DNA of 64,000 bases, from NCBI GenBank assembly GCA_934426825.1, contig CAKRYI010000011.1, positions 5,302-69,301 of the forward strand, given 5' to 3'. Made by a program: the position numbers and the translations under genes. Below, in pieces: positions 9,944 to 21,800 of this stretch. Source of the DNA: an uncultured Acetatifactor sp. Its GTDB lineage: Bacteria; Bacillota; Clostridia; Lachnospirales; Lachnospiraceae. The notes below the pieces were generated by a model, which searched no databases, was not told the DNA's origin, and saw only the letters and a list, made by a program, of their open reading frames with translations. The stretch's first letter is position 1. Each line of letters opens with the position of its first letter.

Positions 9944-12591
9944 GACCGAAGAAATTAAGCCTGTGCGCATGGGGACCCTATCGCGACAGGGAGGAAGTAG
10001 ATTTTACAGCGTTTGAGGATAAGGGGATTTTTCTGATTACGGGAGCTACCGGTGCAGGAAAGACCACTATTTTTGATGCCATTACTTATGCGCTGTACGG
10101 CGCTTTGAGCGGGGATGAGAGAGACCGGGAGCGCAACAGCGTCCGCAGTGATTTTGCAAGTCCGGAGACGCCTACCTATGTGGAGCTCACCATGGAGCAT
10201 GGCGGAAAAATTTACCGGATACGGAGAAACCCGGAGTATCTGCGCCCCAGAAAGCGAAGCAGCAATCCGGCACAGTACACCAAAGAAAAGGAAAATGCTG
10301 TTTTGTATTATCCGGATGAGAGGGTGCTTGAGGGCGTAAGAGAAGTCAATGCGGCATTGCTGGAACTTTTGGGACTGGATTATCAGCAGTTTAAAAAGAT
10401 TTCCATGATTGCCCAGGGAGAATTTGCAAAGCTGTTGGTGGCGCCCCCGAAGGAGAAAACCAAAATTTTCCGGGAATTGTTTGGAACGGGAATTTATGAG
10501 CGTTTTACGCAGGTGCTGAGCGCCCGCGTGAGACAGCTCTATGGAAAAGTGACGGAGCAGAAAAGCAAGCTGGAGGAGGATGTCCGTCTGCTTGCCGTTG
10601 ACTTGGAAAAGGCGGATTGGAGCGAAGAAATCCGCGACAGATTCCGGGAGCTTGTGGCGGCGGAAAACTGGAACTATGCGGAGTTAGCGGAACATTTAAA
10701 CCGGATGGAAACAGAGGCAAAGCACAGGACGAAGGAGAATCAGAATGCTTTTGAGGAGGCAGACCAAAAAGGAAACCTGCTCACCGTCACACTAACCGAG
10801 AAAGCGCAGGACAACCGCAATTTAGAGGAATTGGACAAGGCAAAGGCGGCTCAGAGCAGCCTGAAAGAGAAACAGAAAATTTATAAAGAGAAGGAAGTTT
10901 TACTGAAACAGGCTCAGGATGCAGGCTTTGTGGAGGGTGCCGAGGAAAAGGTATTGCAGCTTGAGAAACAGTGCCAAGCCAATGTAGAGGAGAGAACACG
11001 TCTCGGCACGGAAATGCAAAAGCTGAGCGGGGAGCAGGAACAGTTGTCCGAAGTGGTAAGCCTTGCTGACCGCCTGAGGGAGCTGATAAACCATAAGAAA
11101 CAACTATCGGAGCAAAAAGAAGCTGCGGATAGGCTGCAGAAAGAACTTTCGGATAAAGAAAAGCAGCTTACTGTAAAACAGGCAGAGTATTTACAGCAGG
11201 AGGAAGCAAACAGGGAAGCTAAGGACGCTTATGAGGAGGCTGATTACCGGCGCAGATTAGCAGCAGTTGGACTGGCTGCACAGCTTTTAAAGGAAGGGGA
11301 ACCCTGTCCGGTCTGCGGTTCCACCGAGCATCCGGCACCGGCAAAGGTGGGGGACGATATTGTATCGGAAACAGAATTGAGGGCGTTAAAAGAAAATGCG
11401 CAAAGGCAGGATAAGCTGCTTAGGGAGCTGCATGAAAAGCTGGTGAGACAGACTGCCGAATGGGAAAACCAAAAAGAACTTTTGCACCGCCGGCAGGAAG
11501 AAATTGCGGCGGGAGAAGCAGTTTTGGCTCAGACAGACGATTTGTCTGACAAGAAATATCTGGAATTGCCTGCGCAGAAGGCACTGGAGGACATTGGAAA
11601 GAAGTGCGACCGTTTTGGAAGAATTGCGGGGCTGTTGCAGGAGAAACAGGCAAGGAAAAAGGAACTGCTTACACTGACACAAACGAAAGAGGCGGAGCTG
11701 GAGCAGGCAAAAGTGCAGATGGGCGAACTGCTAAAGGAGTACGGATTTGCCGACAAAGAAGCGTATCTGTGCGCAAAACGTTCTGCAAAGGAAAGAGAAC
11801 TGCTGTACCGGGAGATAGAAGACTATGGAAAGCAGGTTGCCGCAAACAATCAGCTTATCTCACATTTAGAGGAACTTACAAAGGGCAAACCCCGGACGGA
11901 TTTGGGGTTACTTAAGCGGGAGCAGGAGGAGAACAATGCGGTTCGGGAAAATGCCCTGAGAGCACACAGACAGTGGGAGCGCAATCTTTCCGATGTCAAA
12001 AAGACCGTACAGATGATGCGGGAAAAGCAGGAGATTATCGAAAAGAACAGCACCGAGTACGGTTATATGAAAGATTTGGAAAACATGGCAATCGGCAACA
12101 ATTCCAAGAAACTGGTATTTGAACAGTATGTTCTCGCCGGATATTTTGAGGAAATTTTGCGGGCGGCAAATATCAGGCTGCGGCGTATGACGGACGGCAG
12201 GTATGAGATGGAGAGGGTCAGCGAAGTGGGGGACGGCAGAGTAAAGGATAATCTGGAAATTCAGGTTATGGATTACTATACCGGAAAGTACCGCTCCGTC
12301 AGAACGTTGTCCGGCGGAGAGTCCTTTAAGGCGTCTTTAGCACTGGCGTTAGGACTCAGCGATGTGATTCAGTCCATGAACGGCGGCATCCGGGTGGACA
12401 CCCTCTTTGTGGATGAGGGCTTTGGTGCGCTGGATGAGGAAAGTCTCAATCAGGCGTGTGATGCGCTTATGGGACTGGTGGACACAAACCGGCTCATCGG
12501 CATTATCTCCCATGTGCAGGAACTGCGGGAGAGAATCGACAGACAGCTTGTGATTGAAAAAAGCAGCAGTGGAAGCACGATTCAACAATAA
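9940..12591 (+). CDS. sbcC: Exonuclease SbcC (Rad50-family ATPase)
   Basis: Walker A FLITGATGAGKTTIFDAITYALYG, a long coiled-coil, a central CPVCGS zinc-hook, and a C-terminal signature/Walker B (LSGGESFKASLALAL...LFVDEGFGALD). Confidence 0.92.
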   Translation: MRPKKLSLCAWGPYRDREEVDFTAFEDKGIFLITGATGAGKTTIFDAITYALYGALSGDERDRERNSVRSDFASPETPTYVELTMEHGGKIYRIRRNPEYLRPRKRSSNPAQYTKEKENAVLYYPDERVLEGVREVNAALLELLGLDYQQFKKISMIAQGEFAKLLVAPPKEKTKIFRELFGTGIYERFTQVLSARVRQLYGKVTEQKSKLEEDVRLLAVDLEKADWSEEIRDRFRELVAAENWNYAELAEHLNRMETEAKHRTKENQNAFEEADQKGNLLTVTLTEKAQDNRNLEELDKAKAAQSSLKEKQKIYKEKEVLLKQAQDAGFVEGAEEKVLQLEKQCQANVEERTRLGTEMQKLSGEQEQLSEVVSLADRLRELINHKKQLSEQKEAADRLQKELSDKEKQLTVKQAEYLQQEEANREAKDAYEEADYRRRLAAVGLAAQLLKEGEPCPVCGSTEHPAPAKVGDDIVSETELRALKENAQRQDKLLRELHEKLVRQTAEWENQKELLHRRQEEIAAGEAVLAQTDDLSDKKYLELPAQKALEDIGKKCDRFGRIAGLLQEKQARKKELLTLTQTKEAELEQAKVQMGELLKEYGFADKEAYLCAKRSAKERELLYREIEDYGKQVAANNQLISHLEELTKGKPRTDLGLLKREQEENNAVRENALRAHRQWERNLSDVKKTVQMMREKQEIIEKNSTEYGYMKDLENMAIGNNSKKLVFEQYVLAGYFEEILRAANIRLRRMTDGRYEMERVSEVGDGRVKDNLEIQVMDYYTGKYRSVRTLSGGESFKASLALALGLSDVIQSMNGGIRVDTLFVDEGFGALDEESLNQACDALMGLVDTNRLIGIISHVQELRERIDRQLVIEKSSSGSTIQQ

Positions 12592-12614
12592 ATGGAGACA
12601 GAGAGGAATCAGGA

Positions 12615-13679
12615 ATGAAACGATATAAGAAAATTCTGGCACTGGGACTTGCCGCACTATTGGCTGCGGCAGCTTTTACCTCCTGCGGAAAAGGCGGGAA
12701 TACCAAAGTGGTGTTTACCACGGGATTCGGGAAAAATGAGGTGTTCCGCATTGACAACGCATCTTGCAGCAGAGAGGAGATGATGGTATATCTCACCAAC
12801 ACCCAGAATCAGTACGAGAATGTATACGGTGCCGAGATATGGAATACCTCTTTGGACGGGGTGACGCTGGAAGAAAATGTGAAAGATACCATGCTGGCAA
12901 AAATTGCACAGATTAAGACCATGAATCTTCTGGCGGAGGAAAAAGAAATTACGCTGGATGAGACGGAGGAGGAAACGGTTGCCCATGCGGCGGAGGAATA
13001 TTTCCAGTCCTTAAATGAGACGGAGATAGAGCAGATGGGCGTTACGATGGATACCATCAAGCAGCTTTACAGGGAACACCTGATAGCGGACAAGGTGTAT
13101 CAGGAGATTATCCGTGATGTCAATCCGGAAATCAGTGATGATGAGGCGAGAACCATCACCGTGCAGCACATTCTGATTCGCACGGTAATGTCGGATGGAA
13201 ACGGAAAGCAGATTCCTTATTCGGACGAGGAAAAAAAGGCGGCATTTGCCAAGGCATGCGAGGTACGCAGTCTGGCAGTGGACGGGGAGCATGATTTTGC
13301 CGAACTTGCCGCAGAGTACAGCGATGACACCAATCTGACATACTCCTTCGGAAAGGGAGAGATGGACGCAACTTTTGAGCAGGCGGCATTTAGTCTGGGG
13401 ACGGACGAGATAAGCAATGTGGTGGAGAGCAAAAAAGGCTACCATATTATCAAATGTATCAGCACGTTCAACAGAGAGGAGACGGATGCCAACAAACTTC
13501 AAATCGTGGAGGAGAGGCGCAGGGAAGTGTTCGGGCAGGAGTATGACGCTTTTGTGGACACGCTGGCGCGGAAACTGAATCAGAAGGTATGGGATGAAAT
13601 CACGCTGATTCACGATGACAGGGTGACGACCTCCGGTTTTTTTGATGTATATGAAAAATATTTTCCCGCAAAATCCTGA
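12615..13679 (+). CDS. PrsA/SurA-like lipoprotein peptidyl-prolyl isomerase (PpiC-type)
   Basis: Lipoprotein signal MKRYKKILALGLAALLAAAAFTSCGK. The C-terminal half has PpiC parvulin motifs (ITVQHILI... KKGYHIIKC). Confidence 0.75.
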   Translation: MKRYKKILALGLAALLAAAAFTSCGKGGNTKVVFTTGFGKNEVFRIDNASCSREEMMVYLTNTQNQYENVYGAEIWNTSLDGVTLEENVKDTMLAKIAQIKTMNLLAEEKEITLDETEEETVAHAAEEYFQSLNETEIEQMGVTMDTIKQLYREHLIADKVYQEIIRDVNPEISDDEARTITVQHILIRTVMSDGNGKQIPYSDEEKKAAFAKACEVRSLAVDGEHDFAELAAEYSDDTNLTYSFGKGEMDATFEQAAFSLGTDEISNVVESKKGYHIIKCISTFNREETDANKLQIVEERRREVFGQEYDAFVDTLARKLNQKVWDEITLIHDDRVTTSGFFDVYEKYFPAKS

Positions 13680-13787
13680 AAATGAAAAATGATTGAAACT
13701 TTTTGCAATTCTCCCGGCTCTAATCATTGTCATCGGAATGGGTGATAAAAAGCACTGCGTCCCGGGAAGGCAGTGCGGAAAGGCAAG

Positions 13788-14306
13788 ATGATTGACATGA
13801 GTGTACGTTTTGACAGACACACAAAAGAGCAGACGGTAGAACAGGTGATTTTAGATAACTATGATAAATATTACCGCTTGGCGTACAGTTATGTGCACAA
13901 CGAGGCGGATGCTTCCGACATTGTGCAGAATGGTGCATATAAAGCAATTTTGAATTGCCGTTCCCTGCGCCATGCAGAGTATGCTGCTACCTGGGTTTAT
14001 CGGATTATGATAAATGAGATTTTCAAATTCTATACCAGAGGCGGACTTCTTGCGGGAAAGCAGATGGCGTCTTTGGAAGAAATGGATACAGAAACAGGTG
14101 CGGAGGATGTTTATCAGGATATTGATCTGCGCAGAGCACTGGATTCTTTGGATGCAGGGGATAAGGCAGTGGTGGAAATGCGGTACTTTGAGGATATGAA
14201 GTTAGAAGAGATAGCGGATGTCCTGCAGGAGAATTTAAGTACCATAAAAAGCCGGCTGTATCGGAGCCTGAAAAAGCTGCGGCTGAAACTGGAATACGAG
14301 GCATAA
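13788..14306 (+). CDS. ECF-type RNA polymerase sigma-70 family factor
   Basis: Region 2-like (YYRLAYSYVHNEADASDIVQNGAYKAI) and region 4-like HTH (LEEIADVLQENLSTIKSRLYRSLKKL). About 172 aa. GGAAAGG SD before the ATG at 13788. Confidence 0.8.
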   Translation: MIDMSVRFDRHTKEQTVEQVILDNYDKYYRLAYSYVHNEADASDIVQNGAYKAILNCRSLRHAEYAATWVYRIMINEIFKFYTRGGLLAGKQMASLEEMDTETGAEDVYQDIDLRRALDSLDAGDKAVVEMRYFEDMKLEEIADVLQENLSTIKSRLYRSLKKLRLKLEYEA

Positions 14307-14366
14307 AATGCAGTAAGGGAATCCGACATGCAGAAAAGGAATCTGAAGTTGAAAGGAGCGGCGCAT

Positions 14367-15272
14367 ATGAGTGGCAATCGCAAAAAGGATTGGGAAGAAA
14401 TGAAACAGGAATATGAACAGAGACATATGCCGGAACAAAAGGTGGAGCTTTTAAAGGACACCATAAACCGGGCGAAGCAGGACGGAAGAAAGAAAAGACG
14501 GGGAAGAGTTGTGCGGGGCATTGCCTCTGTGGCAGCAGTGGCGGTGATTTTTGTTGCCCTGCCCAACACGTCGGCACAGGTGGCGCACGCCATGAGCAGT
14601 ATTCCGGTTATCGGAAAACTGGTGGACGTGGTGACATTCCGCAATTATCAGTATAACAGTGAAAGAAACAATGCAGATGTGGAGGTGCCGGAACTGGTGG
14701 TAAAAGAGGATGAAACCTCCAAGCCGCAGGCACAGGAAAATCTAAAAAAAACGACGGAAGAAATCAATGCGGAAATTAAGCAGATTTCAGACAGTTTTAT
14801 AACGGAATTTGAGGAGAATATGCAAAATGAGGAGGGCTATCAGAATGTGACGATAAAGTCCGAGGTGATAGCTACCACAGAGAATTATTTCACCTTGAAA
14901 TTAATCTGTTTTCAGGCTGCCGGAAGCGGTGCAGAGTGGGATTATTATTACACCATTGACTTAAATACCGGAGAGAGGCTTGCGCTGAAAGATTTGTTTA
15001 CAGAGGGTGCGGACTATATTACGCCTGTCAGTGACGACATCAAGAGACAGATGAGAGAACAGATGGCGCAGGATGAAAATGTGATGTACTGGCTGGATGA
15101 CCCGGAGGTGCCGGAGTGGAATTTTCAGGCAATTACGGATGACACGGCTTTTTATGTGAATGCAGATGGCAATCTTGTGATTTTCTTTAACGAGGGAGAT
15201 GTGGGACCTATGAGTATGGGTGTGGTACAGTTTACCATCGCACCGGAGGCGATTCAGAATATCCGGAAATAA
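14367..15272 (+). CDS. Anti-sigma factor, RsiV-like (cytoplasmic N-terminus, one TM helix, extracellular DUF3298-like domain)
   Basis: Follows the sigma gene directly. Has a basic N-terminus, a single TM (VVRGIASVAAVAVIFVALP), and a C-terminal domain with the WDYYYTIDLNTGE...FYVNADGNLVIFFNEGDVGPMSMG pattern that I associate with DUF3298/RsiV. AAAGGAG SD before the ATG at 14367. Confidence 0.65.
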   Translation: MSGNRKKDWEEMKQEYEQRHMPEQKVELLKDTINRAKQDGRKKRRGRVVRGIASVAAVAVIFVALPNTSAQVAHAMSSIPVIGKLVDVVTFRNYQYNSERNNADVEVPELVVKEDETSKPQAQENLKKTTEEINAEIKQISDSFITEFEENMQNEEGYQNVTIKSEVIATTENYFTLKLICFQAAGSGAEWDYYYTIDLNTGERLALKDLFTEGADYITPVSDDIKRQMREQMAQDENVMYWLDDPEVPEWNFQAITDDTAFYVNADGNLVIFFNEGDVGPMSMGVVQFTIAPEAIQNIRK

Positions 15273-15307
15273 ACCGGAAAAGTTAATATTCTCTTTGGCG
15301 TAGGGGA

Positions 15308-15352
15308 AAAGGCACTTGTCAGGGCTTTGTACAGCGGACAGGTGCCTTTTTT
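15308..15352 (+). terminator. Rho-independent terminator after the sigma/anti-sigma operon
   Basis: AAGGCACTTGTC...GACAGGTGCCTT stem followed by TTTTTTG. Confidence 0.7.
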
Positions 15353-15472
15353 GTGTCGTTTTGTGACGATAGACGTCATCTCGTGCAGGAGGTCTTGCGG
15401 GGAGGGGAGGCTGTCATATATATTCATAGTGTAAGTTCGGGGAACTGAAACCATGATATAACAGGAGAAGGT

Positions 15473-15820
15473 ATGAGGGCACTGATTTATACAAACAGCG
15501 AGAGGGAGTATCAGCTTTTACGGGAGATTACGGAGGAAGAGGTTGACGGTATCATTGTCAGTCAGGTTTGCATGGACGGACATTTCCATGTGTCGGAGGA
15601 CAGTGATATCGCCGTTATTGCGCTCAACGGCGCCATGGGTATGGAAATTATGCAGACCTATCAGAGCAGGCATCCCGCGTGTAGAATTATCTGGATTACG
15701 GATGACCAGTATTTTGGGAGAACCGCCATCAGAAATCACATCTTTGATTTCATTTTGCGCCCCTACCCGGACAACCGTTACCGGGAGGCGGTCAGGAAAG
15801 CGGCAGGAAATAATAATTAA
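15473..15820 (+). CDS. Small receiver-like (degenerate REC fold) protein, co-transcribed with the giant surface-protein gene
   Basis: 115 aa with an alternating beta/alpha pattern resembling CheY-like receivers (ALIYT / IIVSQ / DIAVIAL / IIWITDD / IFDFIL) but lacking the N-terminal acidic pair and the conserved Lys. Its stop is 18 nt before the giant gene start. Good SD (ACAGGAGAAGG). Confidence 0.45.
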   Translation: MRALIYTNSEREYQLLREITEEEVDGIIVSQVCMDGHFHVSEDSDIAVIALNGAMGMEIMQTYQSRHPACRIIWITDDQYFGRTAIRNHIFDFILRPYPDNRYREAVRKAAGNNN

Positions 15821-15837
15821 AAAAGAGGAAGTGGATT

Positions 15838-18800
15838 ATGCAAAATCAGACGATGAAACATCATCTTGGAAAACAGCAGAAAATGGAAAATAGAAACGGA
15901 AATGGAAGAAAGCGCACTGCAACGGGTGGTCTGCGCAGAGCGGGCAGATGGGCAGCGGCATTTTTGCTTGTGGGCTTCCTTGCAGGTGCCTCTTTCGGGG
16001 CACCGGGCATGGAAAGGGTAAACGCGGCGCAGACAATACAGACGCAGACAGCGGTGATGGAGCTGAGCAAACTGCCGCTCATAGCGGACAACGCCCAGCG
16101 CCTTGACTTTACGATCAATGCGGGCAATGTATCCAAGTACGACAATGCGGTTCTGACGGGCAGCTTCTCGGACGAGGACGGAAATATCGCGCGAAAGAGG
16201 ATCGTGATAGACGGTACGACCGTAAACCTGACAATCCGGGATGTGAACATCGACCGCAGCACATGGTACGCTACGACGGCGGCGGTTGAGCTGATAAACG
16301 GCGCAAAGCTGAATCTGACGCTGGAGGGGGACAATGTGCTCAAGGGCAGTATCGGAGGCGCCGGCATCGGCGTCGGGGAGGACTGCACCCTGACGATCAC
16401 CGGACAGAGCATGGGAACACTGACAGCGGTAGGCGGCAGTTATTACGGAGGCGCAGCGGGCATCGGCGCCAACGGAACAGGGGCTTATGCGGGTAAGCCG
16501 AGAGAGGTTATCCAGAAGTTCGGAACCATCATCATAGAGGGCGGTACAGTCAATGCAGAGGGCGGAACCTATTTCTATAGGGGCGTGCTGGAATCCTCGG
16601 GAGCCGGAATCGGCGGCTCCGGCTATGGATCCGAGGGAACCATTATCATCCGGGGCGGCGTTGTCAATACCGTCGGAGGAACCGGAGCAGCCGGAATCGG
16701 CGGCGGATGCGCCGGTCATGTGGATAAGATCGAGATTACCGGCGGTAAGGTGACTGCCACCGCCGTGGTAGATGGAACCAATTCCACAATTCAGGGAGCG
16801 GCGATCGGCAGTGGATACAATGGAAACTCTATGGAGGCGATGCCCTGCGGGGAAATTTCCATTATGGGCGGGGAAATCACTGCAGACGGAAATATCGGCT
16901 ATGGAACAGGAGACAACGAATATAATGGCGGCAGTATCCGCATTGGCGGGGAGGCGAAGCTGGATGTCACGGGAACGATAAGCCTCAAAGACCCTGAGGG
17001 AGTGGCGTACATGCTGCAGCTTACGGTATATGATGTAAGACTGGTGGGAAGTCAGAATATTGCAGGAACCGCAGAATTGAAAAATCAGAAAAGGAAAACA
17101 ATCGGCGAGGTTTCCGGGGCTTCCGCTGCGATCGAGTTAGAATATTTTGCCGAGAGCGAACTGACCGGAAAGCAGGACGTCAAGGTAACCATTGGGGAAT
17201 ACGAGTATCAGACACAGGTGGATTTTCAGGCGGGAAAGACCGACTATGCCGTGCAGATCGGACAGCCGCTGTGCGACACGCGGCTGCGGCTTGACATCGA
17301 CTGGACTTGGGGGACGAAAGCGCGGAAGGTCACTTCCCTCAGCGTCACGAAGGCGGGCAAGGAGTTTGACCGTCAGGAATATTATGTGGCAGAGAAGACG
17401 GAAGGCACCGAATCGAAGGACTATCTTTATCTTCAGATGTACCTTCCGGAGGGAGAGCAGTATGACATCACTGCTGCCATTGAAGGTGTAAATGGTGGAG
17501 AGCCTGTGACCGTGAGCGGGCAGACGGTAAAAGGCGGTGCAGAAAATGTGATCTATGTTCTGCCCCTCAATGTGGAACTGATCGATGCGGACAATACGGA
17601 TAATCTAGCGGAGGTCACAGTCTCCGGCAAAAAGGATATAACGGTACATTATCTGGTAAGCAAAACTGACTTCACGGATGAGGAGATTCAGGCAAAGGCG
17701 GAGATAGGGGAGACCGAAAGCCTTAAATTGACCGGTGGAACACAGACCTTTTCCGTGGCAGCGTCGGACGTAGAGACGGATGTGACCTGCTATGTCATTG
17801 CCAAAGGCAGTAATGGTTATTCAAAGGTTTACAGACAGAGCTTCCATTCGGGGGAATTGGTTGCGGTGGAAGCCATGCTGTATAAGCGCGGCGAGACGGA
17901 AGGAATTGCCTATGCCACATTGGATGCCGCAGTCGCGGCGGCACAGAAACCGGAGAATAAGGGCTGTACGGTTCGTCTTCAGGAGAATATGATCCACAGC
18001 GGCACCCTGACCGTGAACGATGGCAGCTTTACGCTGGACGTTAACGGCAAGCAGTTGACGGCGGAGGACCGCACAACGCTCCTGCAGCTGGACGGCGGAA
18101 GCCTCACCCTGAAGGACAGTAAAGGAACCGGCAGCATGGTGGGCGGAAAAAGGGTTGGGAGCACCGTTGCGCATATAATCGTCGCCAACGGCGGCACACT
18201 GACCATACAGAACGGTAACTATTGGGTAAACGCAAACGGAAGCGGAGCGGACGCAGATAAAGGTGCCGTTATTTACACAGACGAGGGGGCGAATCCGGTT
18301 GTAAAAATCAAGGATGGCAGCTTTGGAAGGAAGACCCAATGTTCAAAATATGGTTTTTATATGCAGAGTGGTATACTGGAGGTGGAAGGCGGCACATTTG
18401 TAGAAGTGTGGAATTATGCAATTAAGGATACCGAGGCAACGATCAGCGGGGGCGAGTTCCAAAGCAATCTTATTCTGAGTCAGGACAATGCGAAGCTGAG
18501 GGGAGGCAGCTTCGCCACGCTCATGGTGGCGGATGAAGCGGGTAATATTGCATCAGACGGAGACTGTAGCCAGCTGCTGGATGGAACATATGGAGAGAAG
18601 TATCAGTATAAGAAGAACGGTAACTTGGTAGAGGCGAAAGATGCAAAAGGTAATAGTTTGTTTAATGTCGAGGTCATCTGCGTGCTGCCGGAGCTGGATA
18701 GAAGCGCCAAAATCACGATTGTTAACGGAGGCACAAGGCAGCCCATGGTCGGGGATACCCTGCAGTGTACATTTGAGCCGTATCCAGTCGGAAAGGAATG

Positions 18801-21800
18801 GGATGTGATAGATACACATACCTACAACTGGTATCGTGTGGACGGCGAGGAGGCGACGCTTGTGCACACAGGTTCAGGAAGATGGAACTGCACCTACGAC
18901 GTGACGGCGGACGACATCGGAAAGAAGCTCTATTGTGAGGTGGTGTTCGAAAAGTACCAGAGCGTACGCACAGAACCGACGAAAACAGTGACAAAGTACA
19001 GACTGAACGCCATCAATACCCTGTTCAAAAACACGGTCACCAAGTATTATACGGGAGAGCCGGTTACACTGACGGCGGAAGACTTAGCTGACGCAGGTGT
19101 GGGAGGCAACAATAATCTGAATCTGCAGCTGGACACCGACTTTATTGTTCAAAGGTACGAGAACAATACAGAAGTCGGCAAGGCGACGGTGTGGGTTGAG
19201 GGAATCGGTGATTATATAGGTTCCACGCAAAATAGATTCGACATCGTGTATAAGCCCATGAATGTCACTCCCACCGTAAAAGGGCTGGGAGCGGACGGCT
19301 GGACCAATTGTGCCGAACTGGTGGCACCGGAGGGCTATACTATCAGCTTTTCCCAGAAGGATGGCTACGCGGGCAGTATTTTCTATGACAAGGAGAGTGG
19401 CATGGACGGTGTGCAGCCTACCTATTATCTGCGGGAGACTGCAACCGGTTATATTTCCGATGCAAAGCAGCTGGCGGATGTGATCAAAGTTGAGAAGGAG
19501 GCGCCTGCCTTTACCGGAGAATCCGACGGCATTTCCTTCGGCCTGAGCAACTGGAAGGAACGGGAGAAGCCTATTTCCTTTGAAATAAAGACGAAATCTG
19601 CGCAGATGGCGCTTCATGCCACGGACGCACTTTCCGGCATACAGACCTACTATTACTACGCAGACCGGGTACAGGACACTGCCAATTATCAGGTGCTGAC
19701 CGATTACCAGCTGCAGGAACTGGAGCGGAGCTTCAAGGCTGCTGAAAACGGCAGATTTACGTTGGATACGGACGGCAGCTATGTTGTGTACGCCTATGCG
19801 GTGGATAAGGCGGGCAACCGGAGCACTGTAATCTGCTCGGGCGGCATTGTGATTGACAACACCGCACCGGGACTGACGGCAGCCGTGCCTGCGGAGAAGA
19901 TTAAGTCCAATGAGGCGGATGTGGAATTTACAATGGATGAGGCGGGAACGCTTTCTTATTATTATTGCGACAGCAATTCCGGCTTTGGGATGAATGAGAC
20001 GCCGACTTTTGAGGAACTGGAGAACCATAAGGGTGCTTTTGACGAGCATTTCAGATACGGTACCGTTTCCGTTTCCCTTGGTCAGGTGGGGCAGAAGCAG
20101 AACCTTTCTTTGGAAAATTTAGACATTCATACAGAGTATGCGGTCTATCTGGTGACAGAGGATGAAATGGGTAATGTCAGTCAGGTGAAACGGCTGAATT
20201 TCAGAACGAAGAAGTTGCTTCCTGTTTTGAAGGAGGCTCCGACGCTTACCGGAGAGTACGGTACGAAAGTAGCTGACCTGCAGATTACCGGAGGCAGCGT
20301 CTTACAGCCGGACAAAGAGACTGCATTGGAGGGAACATGGTCCCTTGTAACCGGCAATACGGGACTTGACCTTGTGCCGCAGGTAGGAGAGGAAAAAACC
20401 TATCGCGTGATTTATAAGATAACAAGTGCAGGAGGGCTGAATGACGCTTACGAAGATGTGGAATGTGACGCAAAGGCAGTAATCACACCGAAGGACATCA
20501 GTTCCTTTACGGTGGAGGACATTGCGGACTGCGAGTACAGTGGTGCAGAACTGACTCCGGAGCCTGTTGTAAAGGGGACGGACCGCTACGGCGCGGAACA
20601 GACATTGACAAAGGGTGTGGACTATCAGGTTTCCTACCGGGATAATACGCATGCGGGAACGGCGACGATTGTTATCACCGGTCAGGGCAATTATCAGGGA
20701 GCACTCGAGAAGGAGTTTCAGATTACGCAGGCAAGGAATGAATTTACCTCGAAGCTGACCTGTGACAGTTATACCTACGACAAGGAAGCGGTACCCGCAC
20801 CGAACGTGACGGCAAAGTATGGAACGGTGATTTATGAGTATGCAAAGGTAGCGGACAACGGAAATCCGCCGGTAGAAGACGATTACACGACTGAGCTTCC
20901 GGTAAAGGCGGGAGAATGGTGTGTCAGGGCTTATGTGCCGGAGACAGAGGATTATACCGGAATGCTCAGCGGAGGCGTGCCATTTACAATCCGTAAGGCG
21001 GAATACCGGAACGGAATACAGTACGGGGAATATGTGTCTTACAGAGACTGGACGGGAGAAACAGTGACGGTTCCGGGAGAAAAGTTTTTCCCGAATCCGC
21101 CCGAAGATTGCGGCAAGATTACCTACAGTGTGAAGGTGGATGACCTCTCTAATATTTTAGAAGGAACGGCTGTGGTAGATGAGAACGGAACCCTGTCGTA
21201 CCGGTTGAGGCAGGTTACGGCAAGTGAGATAGAAAACGGGAAAAAACAGGCATGGATCACTTACAAAATCTCCACGGAAAATTATGAGATTGTCGGAGAT
21301 TCCGGCTGGAGGATTGAAGTTGTCGATTGGCTGGAGTTTCAGGGAAGGGATGAGGTGCAAATTGATGGAAGCAATGAGCTGACTTACGGTCAGAAGCTGT
21401 CCGCACTGACCTTAAATAGCAGAAATAGCGTCTTCCATGACGTGCACATGAACGAGGTAGAGGGCAGCTTTGAATGGCTGGAGCCGGAGAGCGTGCCTGC
21501 CGTCGGAACGACATCGGCGACCTATTACCTCCGTCATTCTTTAAAGGAAAGCTACAAGACATATCAGAACGAGATTGCGATTACCGTTGTTCCGGCAGCG
21601 CCGAGGGTGACGGCACCCGTGTTGGGGAACGGCGTGACAATTACCTATGACCCCGCAAAGACGTTGGGCGACGTTTTTCCGATGAACGGCTATGCAGCGG
21701 CAGGCAGTATGGCAGAAAGTATCTGGACGGGCGGCAGCGCCGTATGGACGGTTGGAGACAATGAGGTGACTGTGGACGGAAGCTGGAGCTGGCAGAACCC

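Noticed and set aside
15817-16719. 300-aa minus-strand ORF, plus others at 19084-20049, 22587-23451 and 17821-18339, antisense to the giant surface-protein gene
   Set aside because: They sit entirely within a gene with strong coding signal on the opposite strand. The long antisense ORFs are explained by GC-rich, codon-biased Gly/Ala/Thr repeats. No ribosome-binding sites.
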